Assembly (NCBI GenBank): GCA_043228905.1
Contig: JBHGNT010000013.1
Span: 11,532,001 to 11,596,000, forward strand
Direction of reading: 5' to 3'
Length of the DNA: 64,000 bases
Origin: Azolla caroliniana
Lineage: Eukaryota > Plantae > Polypodiophyta
Numbering within the stretch: the first letter of the stretch is position 1; each line of letters opens with the position of its first letter. The notes beneath the pieces are model-generated. The model was given only the letters and a program-made list of their open reading frames with translations, was not told where the DNA came from and ran no database searches. Below are positions 24,905 to 38,156 of the stretch, piece after piece. The position numbers and the translations under genes are program-made.

Positions 24905-26607
24905 ACGTGGAATGATTTAGACCAATCTAGGGGTTGTACGACGGGTGCTTGGGTCAACATTACTTTGAGTGCCTCGTATGCCTTATCTTCTGTTGTCGTC
25001 CATTTGAATGGAGTACGGTGTATTGCGGTGTGCAGGGGGGTAGCAAAATCCGCCAAGTATCGTAACATACGGTTGTGCCAGTGTATTTGCCCCAAGAAGC
25101 GATTGAGAGCTTTTGCATAACTAGGAATCTTTGCTTCCACAATAGCCTTAATTTTGCTAGGATCTACCGCAATCCCGTCCTTACTCACGATGTGTCAGAG
25201 CAGAGCTCTACTGGTGACCCCGAATGCGCATTTAGCCGGATTAAGGCTGAGGCACGAGGTACGACATCGTTCCAAACATAGCCGCAAATGGCTAAAATGT
25301 TCTCCTCGCGTCTTATATACTGTGAAGTCATTGAGAAAGACTTGTACAAACGCAGGTATAAAGTCACCGAAGATTTCCATGATAGTTCATTGAAACGTAG
25401 TGGGGCCCGTCTTCAGGCCGAACATCATAACCACCGCTACGAATACTCCCCAGTCTGTGACGAACGCAGTCTTCTCGTGATCGTCTGGGTGCATTCATAC
25501 TTGATTGTATCCGCTAAAGCCATCCAAAAAACTATACATGTCTAATACGCTATCCATAAATGGTAAGGGAAACGCGTCCGTAATTGTAACGGCGTTTAAT
25601 TTACGGTAATCGACACACACGCATATTTTCCCATTTTTCTTTGGCACCACCACTATCAAACTCAATCATGTGGCCTATTTTACTAGTCGGATGAACCCCG
25701 CTTTCAAGAGCTTGTCAATTTCTTCCTTTACACAGGCTCCGTAATTTGGGTTCATATGATAACGTCTTTGATGCACCAGTTTCGCATCTGTGGCCAAAGT
25801 AATCTTGTGTTGATAAAATTTCGGGTCCAACCCTTTCATTTCTTCATGAGACCATGTGAAGACATCCTTAAATTCCCAGAGCAACTCCGTCATGGCCGTT
25901 TTCTCATTTGGGATAAGGTCCTTAGCGATTGAGAGCAGTCGTGGAACCTCCGTGGTTTCGACATTAATCTGCTCCAATGCAGACACGGTAACCCTTCGTG
26001 AGATTTCCATTTCCAAACGCTTCTCGTGCTCTGTTTAGCTCCAACATAGACTGGGGATTAGGTTCGTATTCCTCTTCTTGGGGCGTACTTGTTGGGGCGT
26101 ACTCACTAGCGGCCTCGAGGACGTCAATTTCAAATAATGGTATTATCTACGGGTTTTCGTCGAGGTACGCTTCCAACTCTGTATCCTCCAAACCCTCCAG
26201 CATATTAATTTCTTCTGCGTATAGTGGCATTATAGCTTTGGTCGGTGCAGATGTTTCCTACGTCGGTATGCGGACCTTGCTTCGCCCGCGTCGAAAGCTG
26301 ATGTAGTTATGCTACCAGTTCTACTTGATATTAACAGACCGTAACCATGGTCTGCCTAACAAAATTGGGTATGCTCCTGGGGCGTCCAACGTGAGCACAA
26401 CTACAGAAATTTCAAAATGATGGCCACCAACTACGATCCCTAACTTCCGAATTAAACCTAAAGGTCTAACGGAGTGGGTGTCTACCATGTGGAGCCAGAA
26501 TGGGCATCCTTCCCAATCTATAATGCCCAGCCTAGCACAAGTGGTCTTAATGATGACATTTACGTCGGAACCACCATCGACAATGCATCCCATTATTTCT
26601 TGGCCCT

Positions 26608-29600
26608 TGTTGAGAATCAAATTCAACTTCCCATAGAAATAGGTTTCACACTAAGCTCATGGGCATACCAGGCTAGTCTTGTAAATAGTAGAAAGGGCCC
26701 TTGTCCTAGTTTAGTTGGTATTTAAACCAACCTTTTGTAACTTTGTTGCTATTGGATGATAATATACAATCTTCTTGGTTAAGAACATTCTCTCTCTTCT
26801 CTCTTTGTTGCATAACACACACAGTCCCTCCGCTACATACAATCACTCTCATTTCTCTACATGGTATCAGATCGCGTGGTAGCTTGATCCAAGCCCAGAC
26901 ACCCACAAGCTCCAGCTTCGTCAGGAGTTGAATGGCATTCAACAAAGGGACATGTCAATCGGCAGCTATGCCTTGAAGATCAAGGAATTGTGGGATGCCC
27001 TTGGGTCGATCAATGTTGGCATTGACGACGAAGAAATGGTACAAATATGCCTTGGAGCCTTGGCACCTCAATTCAGCACAATAACGTATGTCGCCCTCGT
27101 AAGAGAGAATCCTCCCACCTATTTCGATCTCAAGTCAATATTGCTAGTCCAGGAAAATCATGCCCGACAAAGGAGCAACGCACCAGAGGGTCAGATGCTC
27201 TACTCCCAGTCGGATGATGGAAGAAATTTCGGCCGTGGAAATAGAGGTCGATTCGGACAAGGCCGTCACGGTCAGCAGACCCAAGAGTGTAACTCCCACC
27301 AATGGCAAGCAGACAGGAACAATCCCAGAGAGTTCGGCGGAAGGGGGAGTCATCACGTCGGACCAAGCAACCGTAATAACACAATCAAATGTGGATACTG
27401 CGGAAAACTCGGTCACTACGAAGAGGAGTGCCGAAAGAAGAAGCGAGAGTTGGCTTCAACTAGCCGACAATTCACGAATTACGCATCGAATTCCGACTAC
27501 GACGATCGTAGCGGAATGTTCATGATGAGGCACAAAGGGCACTCAATGGCGACACAAGGTGAAACAAGCACCACACCCTCAGAGAATGTATGGTTTGTTG
27601 ACTCGGGAGCATCCAACCACATGACGTCTCATGAAGATTGGTTTCGGGAATTACGAAAACCCGAACGTCCAGGATATGTCGAGACAAGTGATGACACGAC
27701 TCATCCAATACAACATATCGGGAACGTCCCATTCGGAAACGACAACAAACAAACCTACCTCAACAACATATTGCATGTTCCTACTATCACGAAAAACCTG
27801 GTCTCTATCAACCAGATTGTCGAACAAGGAATGCAAGTACGATTCAACAATGATGGGTGCTTTATCGAAAGAGGAGATCGAGTCGTAGCTCACGGCCGTC
27901 GTGAAGGCCGTATGTTTGTCCTCGAATCAAACGAGGCAAAATTAGCCATGTTTGCAAAGGGCCTCAAATTCGAAACCGACCTAAACTTGTGGCACAAGAG
28001 AATTGGTCACATCAATCTCCAAAAGCTTCAGAACATGCAATCGAAAGGAGTCGTAATCGGACTCCCAAACTTTACCGCGAAGGAGATTACAAGCGTATGC
28101 AAAGCATGCCAGTTCAGAAAGCAACGCAGACATCCATTCCCGAAAGAGCGGAATGTGAGCAAAGGGATCCTAGATGTCGTACATTCATATGTATTGGGAT
28201 TGGCCCAGACAACCACACTCGGCGGATGCCAACATTACGTCATGTTCATCGATGATTTCTCCAGGCACACCTGGATCTACCCGATGAGACAGAAGAGCGA
28301 AGTCTTTAGATACTTCCAAAGGTTCAAGGCCGAAGTTGAAAAAACTACGGCTCGGCACGTACGTTGCCTTTGATCAGATGGAGGCAAAGAATATTTCTCA
28401 GATGATTTTACGGTGTATCTACGAAAGGAAGGAATCCAACGAGAATTTTCGTCCTGTCACACACCTCAGCAAAACGGCGTAGCCGAGTCAAAGAACCAGC
28501 ACATAGTAGAGGTAGCATGGGCAATGATGAACGAGAAGAACCTGCTGAAATCATACTAGGCAGAAGTAGCGAACACGGCCGTATACCTCATGAACAGGTG
28601 CACAACCTCGGGAGTACACGACGCAAACTCCCATGAGAAGTTTCTTGGTAAGAAGCCGGACTTATCACATGTTCGTATTTTCAGCTCAATCGCTTATGTG
28701 CATATTCCCGATGATACGGGACAAAAGCTCGACCCAAAGTCGAAGAAATGTATCCTCGTGGGGTACTCACTCAAACAAATGGGGTACAAATGCTACAATC
28801 CATCTACCCGAAAAGTTCGAACAGGTCGAGATGTCGTGTTCAATGAGTCCGCGTGCTGGTAAGCACAAGAGACAACTCAACTCCGACTCCACTCAACCTG
28901 GAATACGCCGAAATAGAGGCAGAAACCGGAGATCTACTTATGCGCATGTTTGACGAAAGTCCAATAACGAAACAAATAAATTGGCCACAAGAACCTCCGA
29001 GTGATCAAAGCACATCTCGGCCGAGTCCGAAGTTGGACAAAGGGAAGGAGAAAATGACGGAGTATGAAAATGATCATTTCGACGACAACGAATCGACTCA
29101 CTCCCTCAATAGTGAGTTCGAAGGCCTCGACATCCGGACAAATGGAGCGAAGAAAGCCTTAGTATCTATGAACGAAAAGGTACGTCGGTCCACCCGAGAG
29201 AAGAACCTCATAAGCCATTACGGCTACAAGGAGGACATGAGGTATCATTACGCCTTTATGATGAAGGTAGCATCAGTACGAGAGCCGGAAACCTTTTCCG
29301 ACGCTGTAAAGGATCCGCGATGGGTCGACGCGATGAATGAAGAAATGCAAGCCCTATGCAAAAATGAGACATGGGATCTCGTTCCTCACATTCCGCACAA
29401 GAAAGCCATTGGCTACCGATGGATTTACAAAGTGAAACACAATGCCGACGGCTCCATAAATCGCTTCAAAGCATGGCTCATTGAGAAAGGATACACACAA
29501 ACACACGGAGTTGACTACGAAGAGACCTTTGGTCCAGTGGCAAAGATGACAATTGTGCAGACCGTGGTTGCAATCACAGCAGCAAAAGGGTGGCACCTTC

Positions 29601-30840
29601 ATCAGGTGGACGTGAAGAACGCCTTCCTCCAAGGGGAATTAGAGGAGGAAGTGTACATGATCCAACCACCAAGCTTTAAGTCACGCAATCATCCAAACAT
29701 CGTGTGCTGACTCAAGAAGCCACTCTACGGCCTCAAACAAGCACCGCGTGCGTGGCATTCGAAGATTACATAGTATCTTCATCAAATCGAATTTCGAATG
29801 TCAAAATCTGATAATTCTCTATACATCCAAAACGAGTCGGATAGCCTAATTGTCATCATCCTATACGTGGATGATTTGGTCATCGGAGGAAAGGAGCTCA
29901 CCGAGACTAACAAGGTCAAATCACTTCTCTCCGGCAGATTCGAAATGAAAGACCTACACGAGCTCCATTACTTCTTAGGCGTCGAAGTAATTCGGACACT
30001 AGTCGGAATAATGATCTCACAACGACACTACGTCCTCAACTTACTCTACAAGTTTGGGATGATGGATTGCAAACCTATGTCCACCTCGCTTGACCATAAT
30101 CTCAAGCTTGATGTCGATTCTAGCACAGTCGAGTGCGAGCCACCTCAGTATCGCCAATTGATCGACAGCTATTCAGTCGGCCTACTCAGCCAATTCATGC
30201 AGAATTCGCGAAACCTTCACCTTGATTGTGCTAAGAGGGTGCTTCAATATGCCGGTGCTACGATGGATTACGGCGTCAGATATAGGTCAAATACGATAAT
30301 TCAACTTGAAGGGTACGCATACGCAGATTGGGCGGGTTATAAAGTGAATAAATGGTCAACCTCAGGATTTGTCTTCTCCCTCGGTAGCGGAGCAATCTCA
30401 TGGAGTAGAAGGAAGCAACCGAAAGTCGCATTGTCACACACGGAGGCCAAATACAAGGGCGTGGCGGTCGCCACGTGCGAAGCGGTATGGCTCAAGTGTA
30501 TACTGAAGGATCTAGGCGTACCCATCAAGGATCCGATTTTTCTATACTACAACAACATCAGCAGTATCTACCTGGCGCGGAACCCCGTATTCCACATGCG
30601 GACTAAGTATGTGGAAGTGCAATACCACTTCATCCGCGAACGCGTGCAGGCCGGAGATATAGCCTTACACCACATCAACACGAATCTACAGGTAACCAAC
30701 ATTTTCACGAAAGCCCTAGGTATCGACAAGTTGTGTCAGTTCGCGTCGAACCTTGACCTATCTATTCCCAAGCAGCCGAGCTTGAGGGGGAATACAGAAC
30801 AATGAACAACACAGTCCTAATCGATTGATCGAAGCCGAAC
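26608..30840 (+). mobile_element. Copia family-2 element, decayed (short LTR 26608-26861, PBS, gag with internal deletion, PR, INT, RT, RH), 3' LTR lost
   Basis: CTACA-TGGTATCAGA; CGYCGKLGHYEEEC, VDSGAS, LYVDDL. Confidence 0.92.
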
Positions 30841-33800
30841 ACCTCGTGGGCTGCTACCGCATCCAAGACTCCATCCGTGAATGGGAGCGGAAATGCATCG
30901 GTGACAGTGGCAGCATTCAACTTTCGGTAATCCACACAAACCCGGATCTTTCCGTTCTTCTTCGGTACCACCACAATCAGGCTTAGCTAGGTGGCTTTCT
31001 TCACCAACCGGATGAACCCAACCCACAGCAACTTGTCGATCTCCTCTTTTACTTTGGCCGCATAATTCGGATTCATTCAGTAATGTCTCTGCGCTACCAG
31101 TTTCGCATCCTTGCTTAAATGAATCTGGTGCTGATATAATTGCGGGTTCAGTCCCCGCATGTCTTCATATGACCACGCAAATACGTCCTGGAATTCTTTC
31201 AATAATGTGACCATTGCCGATTTCTCCTCCGGTGGCATTTCTTTGGCCACATGCACCAGTCTTGTTTCTTCGTCAGTTCCCACATTCACTTCTTCCAATT
31301 GTGAGGCTTTCACCCGTTGTGAGACCGCCATTTCCCGCTCCAAGGCCTCTTATGCTTGTCACAATTCCCGGATCGTGTCCCTATCCGGCTCCTCACGGGC
31401 ATCCTCTAGTTGCACAATATATGGGGAGACCGCCTCTGCCACGTCCACTTCGAACAGAAGGACTATCTTTGGGTTTTCATCAAGGTAGCGATCTACCTCC
31501 TCATTGGCAAGCCCTTCCAACATGTTCACGATTTCGGCATGTAACGGTACAATTACTTCCTTGCCTGGGCCCACTTGAGAGTGCGTGGGTACTCTTACCT
31601 TAGTTTTCCCCCTTCGGAACGTAATGTTGTTCTTCTACCAGTTCTGCTTGATGTGGGCAGTCTGTAACCATGGTCGTCCCAACAACAGTGGGTATACTCC
31701 CTGCGGCGTGCGCATTCAACTGGAGGACGATGGCAGAAATCTGGAAAGCATGGACTCCGATTGTCACCTCCAAATCCTTCTGGTCGTACCGAGTTGGTGT
31801 CCGCCATCCAGAGCCAGAACGGGCATGGTTCCCATTCTTGGATTCCAAGAGTGTTGCATGTTCAGAGGCTTATTACGTTTACTCCCAATCCGCCATCGAC
31901 GATCATCCCCGGTACTTCCCGTCCTTTGATAATGGTGGTGATTACGGAACTGCTGGTATCCACCACTGCCGGCCCTTCCTCCGGATTTGAAAAGAACGTC
32001 GGAGCCGGTGTAGGGTTTGGTGTGGCCAATCCCGATTTTAAACCATCGGTGAATCGGGGCACTAATTGCAATAACTGACCCAGTGGTAGCATGATCTAGC
32101 ATTCCTGTAATGCCTGCCATGTGGGGTTCTCCTGCTACGTCGTCTTTGTAGGTTCCTGCAATGCGTTCCTTTGCTCCTTCAGTTCGGTGACATTCCGTTC
32201 ATTTGCCTTTTCGATCCATTCCGTAGCTTGTTTGCGGATAGCTTCTTGAGACTTCCATTCGGCCATCTTTCCCTTTGATCTAGTGGTGACTTGATGTCCC
32301 CCACTTCCGCGACCACCATGTTGACTTCCGATTGTTTTTCGTTCCTCTTTACCGGACATTGGTTGTTGTAGTGTCCCTCCTGGCGGCAATAGTAGCAATA
32401 TGCCTTCCGTGTATTGCTAGACTTTGCTTTTTGCATGTTACCTGGTTGAAATCCGGATATTGCCTGGTTAGGATCCTCTACTCTTCTTTGTTCCGTTTGA
32501 ACACTAGTTATGCTTCTATCCGGCTCTCATTGGTAATCCTTTACCGGTTCCCGACAATCCTCTTTTCGAGTGTTCCATTTTTTATTATAGCGTCGGTTGT
32601 TCCGGTATCCTTGTTGGCGCCGGTCTTCATAGTCTCCCCGTTGATCCTCTCTTCTCCGATTATAGCCAAGAGAGTAATCTTGATTATAATTATCGCCGTT
32701 ATAGTCACGGCTTCTCTCGCTCCGATCCTAGTCATAATCGTCTTGTCGATCACTATATCGGAGGTCTTGTACCGGTCGGTAGCGATCGTCTCACTAAAAT
32801 CATTCTTCTTCATCTTCCTGGTCATTCCGGGTCTCGATGTGCCAGACTGGTGCATCTTGCCAATTCAAGAGGTTGTACTTGCAACAGTCCATTGTGTGTG
32901 ACCGGGAATGGCATAGCATGCACTGCGATCTCATTGTGCACTCTATTGTTTAGTGTCCGGGGTTAAGAAATGTCGTGCATTGGACCACTTGGCGAAAACG
33001 TAGGTCCTCTTCAGTAGGGGGTGTTCTTTGGAGTGCTCCCATCGTCAACCACGAACTAGTTTTGTCCATTTCCATGACCCAGTCAATGACCTGGTCTATT
33101 GTGCTGGTCCGAAAATCTATGACGCACACACGGTTCGGAGAGGTTCCCGGAGCGCTGCCAAAAATACTGCTTTCGCTTTTGCTTCTGGCGGTGCTCTGGT
33201 GAGTTGACTATGCATTGTCTGGAACCGGATAACGAACTGCTGAATGGTTTCGGATGGGTCCTGCCATGTCGTATAAAATTGGCCGACAATCTCTCTTTGA
33301 TCCACCTATCTATGGAAGAACCCTAGAAATCTAGTCTTTAAATCCTCAAACGTGGCGATACTGCCGGGCATGTGCTTGGAGTGCCAACGTGCCACGGGTC
33401 CCTCCAAAGTCATGCCGAATTCCGCAATTTTTTATCGTTCTACCTCTGCTTCGTTCGGTCGTTGGGAGACATGATTCGCCTCCCAAGTTTGGAGAAATGC
33501 ATATACATGGGCTTCCACGTCTGGGTCATCCCGATACTTCGGATATTGGTAAGGCATCTTGTCGTCGTCTTCTTGTGTTGTCGAGGCTGGTGTCGGAACT
33601 CGCTCCTCTTATTGGTGTTCCATGCCGGTCATTTTGTCCAGAGCATCCGGTTTTGTTGTGTTCAGCTCCGGTTTTGTGTTCTCCGACTCCGGTGTCGGTA
33701 TGTGGTCTGACTCGTCGTCTTCCTTGTCTCGGGGAATTGTGGCTACTACGATAATTCGATTGGACGTTGAGTTCGCTGTCTGAATCTTATTCGATTGCGG

Positions 33801-34600
33801 AGAACGCTTCCGAACCGTCATCTCTTGCGACAAATGTCTGCAGAATGGACTCCGCTTCCTGCAGACTGCTCAAACTTCTTCCTTCATCCGGGTGGTGGTT
33901 CTGGTGCAATCGGAGTGACTCCTCCGCAACCCGCCGAATCACTCGAGAGAAAGACTGATCCGGTGGGATTTCCCCTGCCGCCTGCTGGTAAGCCTCCCGC
34001 TTCTGCAGTCTCTCGGCGAGTTTTCTCGCTCACTCGGCCACTGAGTCGTTCGTCGGTCTATTCATCCATTCCCCCAATGTTCACTGCGTTTTTTGCAGGA
34101 ATCATGGTCACCAAAATTGTGTTGCCCGTGGGCTAGACAAGCCACTAGCACAGGGTGTGGTGTCCCTTTGGAACACTTCACCAAAGGGGTGGTACGGTAA
34201 GGAATGTGCAAACCGTAATGCAAACTTGATCCTTCCCGATTACTATCCGAAATGATTAACTTGATACACGCGTATGATAATCACATTAAGCACAGAACGA
34301 CATTAACAAGATACACAGTACATAAAGCCACATCACTTCTCTATTAATTATCCGTTGTTACTTACATTGTCTCTGAATCCTTTTATAGGTATCCGGCTAG
34401 GTTACAAACCAGTGCCAACCGGCTACCGGCTACAAACCGGTTCAAATCCAGATCGGCATACCGATTCTAGGTCCGTCCATCTGCTCTTATAATTATCATA
34501 ATTTATCTAATTCCAACTCCCAAAACCGGCTCCCCTTTCATATTCTGGCCTAACCGGCCGACAAGTCTGATCCGACCAAGAGGGCCTTCCAATTGGCGAA
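30841..34600 (-). mobile_element. Gypsy C 5' half (5' LTR ~34120-34600, PBS-like TGGTGACC, gag, PR, RT start)
   Basis: CYYCRQEGHYNNQC, IVDGG, RVCVDYRKLN; LTR shares ACCACCCCTTTGGTGAAGTGTTCC with 62368-62846. Confidence 0.9.
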
Positions 34601-37289
34601 CGCGAAGTTACGTTGATCGACCCGCCAGAAGAACCCCGTAAAAAGGTACGAATATAATGAGTACATGGCGCATCACTATGCGTACATGAAGAAAGTGGTG
34701 GAAGTGCGTGAAGCAAAGAGCTACGTAGAAGCGGCGAAGGACGCAAATTGGCATGTCACTATGGAGGAAGAGATGCACGTAGTCACGGAAAATGAGACGT
34801 GGAATTTAGTGGACATGCCGAAAGGAGTCAAACCGATCGGTTGCCGATGGGTATACAAGGTTAAATACAACATTGATGGCTCTGTCAACCAGTACAAGGC
34901 CCGGTTAGTGGCCAAGGGCTATGCGCAGTAGCACCGCATTGATTATGATGAGACGTTTGTGTCGGTCACGAAGATGACGACCATCCATGTCCTACTTGCG
35001 GTGGCAGCGGCGAAGAGGTGGCATCTACATCAGATGGATGTGAAAAACGCGTTACTGCAAGGTGATCTTACGAAGCAGGTGTATATGGCTCAGCCCCCTA
35101 GATTTCAATCCGGAGTGAAGACATCGGTTGTATGCCGATTGAAGAAGTCCTTCTACGGACTCAAGCAAGTCTCGCACACCTAGAATGCGAAGATCACGCA
35201 GAGACTGCGTCAGATGGGGTTTGCTCCATAAAAATCAGGCTCTTCTCTCTTCATCCGGCAAGGTCAGAATGGGCCAGTTAGTATTTTACTTTATGTTGAT
35301 GATTTAGTCATCACCGGCGTCGTCCTAGACGAAATCAGCCATGTCAAATCCCAACTTGTAGCATCGTTTGACATGAAGGATCTTGGGAACCTTCATTACT
35401 TCCTCGAGATCGAAGTGATCCACACCCCGGAAGGCATACTGATCAACCAACACCACTATTGTTGAGTATGCTCTTCAAATTCTGTATGACAGAATGCAAC
35501 TCCGTCTCGACTCCTCTGGACCAGAATGTGAAGCTTTGCTCCGACTCCGGGATGGCATGCGACGCGACAAGGTTCCGAAAGATAGTTGGAAGCCTTATCT
35601 ATCTTACAATCAGCCGGTCGGATCTCAATTATCCGGCCAGATTGATCAGTCAATTTATGGTGCATCCGGGCGTGGAGCACCCTCAGTGCACGAACCGAAT
35701 CTTGAGGTATGTTAGCGGCACTAAGGACAGGGGGTTGTTGTATCGGACCGGTGTAGCCGGACAGCTTCCCGGCTACGCTGATGCCGATTGGACCAGAAAT
35801 GCCGGCAACCATAGGTCTACCTCCGGATATGTGTTTTCACTTGGAAGTGCTTTGGTCGCCTAGAGCAGTAAGAAGCAGCCAACAATATCACTGTCGAGCA
35901 TCGAGGCCGAATACCGAAGAGCGGTTGTCGCAACGTGCAAAGACATATGGTTGAAGAGGCTCCTAAAGGATCTGCATGTGGAGGTATCCAATCCGACGAC
36001 GATCTATTGCGACAACCTCACCAACGTCCAGTTGGCGAAGAACCCCGTCTTTCAGTCCCGGACAAAGCACATTGACGTGCACTACCATTTTGTCTGAGAG
36101 CGCGTTCTCTCTGGTGAAGTGGAACTGCTACATGTTCCGACGGATCAGCAAGTGGCGGATATCTTCACCGAACCCCTCGGCTTAAGACATTGTGGCAAAT
36201 TTCCAGTGCACTGGGCGTGCAATACCTTGATATACGAAACTTGAGGGGGAGGAATGAATGAACGAATGAGGGAGATGATGAGTCTGAAACTGATTTCGAC
36301 TTTGGCCCAATTGAAGAAGTCTAAGTGCACGAGACGACTGAAGAAGCCAAGACCGGATGCAGGGGTAGCCACCAGAACGGAGAGCCCAACCCGAAGCCAA
36401 CCGAAAAAGGGGGAGGCAAAGCCGAGAAGACCAAGACCCGGACGTGATCCGATGTTGTAAAGGGCTTGACGATTGAGGAAGAATTGGAGACAACCAATTC
36501 AGACAAGAGCTGGAACGAATCGGAGACATCCAATTCGGAAGAGGTGTTTCATTCGGATGAGCCGGATCAACTAAAGGCCAAACGGACAAGGAGGCAACGG
36601 AAGTCGACACCGACACGGAGGAGCCGACGGGTCGAGAAGCGCTGAAGTCGCAACAGTGAAGGAGCTGAGAAGGGCCTTATGAGCAAACAAGTTGACCGAG
36701 AAGGTCGAGGTACGCGGAACCGGATGCATCGCGGGAAGCAGAACCGGACTGGATGTGGAGCGCGGGCTAAGCGGGAAGACGCCAGGTGGAGCCGGAGAAG
36801 AGGATCGGCTACCATAGACTCTCATGCCACGATCCAACCTCAAGTTGAGCTTGAGGTGGAGTGTTGAGCAGACAAACTCAACCGGATCCGGATCGGCAGA
36901 ATAAGCCAGAGCCAGATCGGAGTCCGGAACTAAGAACTGGATCAATGTCCAGATCGGTATCCGGAACCAAGAGTCGGATCATATTGTAACAGGTAGCCAT
37001 TAGAGGTCTACGAATCTAGCCTAGTATGTAGGCAGATTCCTTGGAGTTAGTGACAGTCGCTCGTATGAGCATTGAAGTACTTGTCAGTACTTCTATTAGT
37101 CCTTTATGGGTTTGTATAAAAGTGCTCACTAAGCACATTGTATGTACAGAGTGTTATTATTTGAATTGAGTTATGTTCTATTGTAACTCTATCTCTCCCG
37201 TGTAAGGTTTCCATTAAACCCGTGTCTGCATTCTTTAGCTATCTTTACAAGCCCGTTTTGTCTAGCTTCCGCAATTGTATTCTTTTACA
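34601..37289 (+). mobile_element. Copia family-2 3' half (RT, RH, C-terminal extension, PPT, 3' LTR 36862-37289)
   Basis: [22 protein letters not shown]; TTGAGGTGGAG-TGTTGAG; LTR ends TTTTACA. Confidence 0.92.
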
Positions 37290-37674
37290 TGAAGTTTGGG
37301 CTAAAAACGGCACCTACAACATTTCAAAGGGTTATAATGGAAATATTCGGAGAATATATTCCGGCCTTCATGTAGGTGTTTCTTGATGATTTTGTCATTT
37401 ATAGCCGGAGGGAGGACCACTTGGACCATCTCCGTATGTATCTTGAGAAATGTCGGGGATACATATTGAGTTTAAATACGGCAAAGTGTTTATTCGGGGT
37501 CACCGGCGGAGCGCTACTCGGACACATAGTGAGCAAAGAAGGAATTTCAATGGATCCGAACAAAGTGAAAGCAATCCTACAAGCACCGGAGCTAACAAAC
37601 ACGAAGGCCTTGAGTCGATTCTTGGGGCAAATCCGGTGGCATAGTCGGATGCTCCAGTACTTAGCGGATTTCTC

Positions 37675-38156
37675 TACTCTGTTTTATGTAGCAATACATA
37701 GATTACCATTCATGTGGATGGAGCAGGAGGATAAAGCCTATCAAGCGCTCAAATTCATGCTTTCACAAGCACCGATGTTACAGCCTCCCGACTGGACAAA
37801 GGATTTTCACGTATTTGTAGATGCATCGGATGTAACCATCAGAAGTGTCCTAATGTAGCTCACGAAGCCGAAATGGTATCGACCGGTGTATTACGCTAGC
37901 CAGAAGCTTTCAAAGTACTCCGTTTCATGCAACAATACATAGATTACCATTCCCGTGGACGCTGCAAGAGGATAAAGCCTATCAAGCGCTCAAATTCATG
38001 CTTTCACAAGCACCGGTGGTACAGCCTCCCAACTGGACAAAGGATTTTCACGTATTTGTAGATGCGTCGAATGTAACCATCGGAAGCATCCTAATGCAGC
38101 TCACGGAGATTAAATGGTATCGGCTGGTGTATTACACTAGCCAGAAGCTTTCAAAG
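37675..38156 (+). repeat. 241-bp tandem duplication in Gypsy RNase H region
   Basis: 37675-37915 repeated at 37916-38156; both encode QPP.WTKDFHVFVDAS. Confidence 0.92.

Larger units (their letters stand above)
13268..26607 (-). mobile_element. Gypsy B (3' LTR 13268-13737, accessory ORF, INT, RH, RT, PR), interrupted by the intact Copia and a solo LTR; 5' end lost
   Basis: VDGGS protease, RT, FHVFVDAS, integrase and WTGPYW motifs on minus strand; LTR TGTTG...GGCA on minus strand. Confidence 0.92.
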
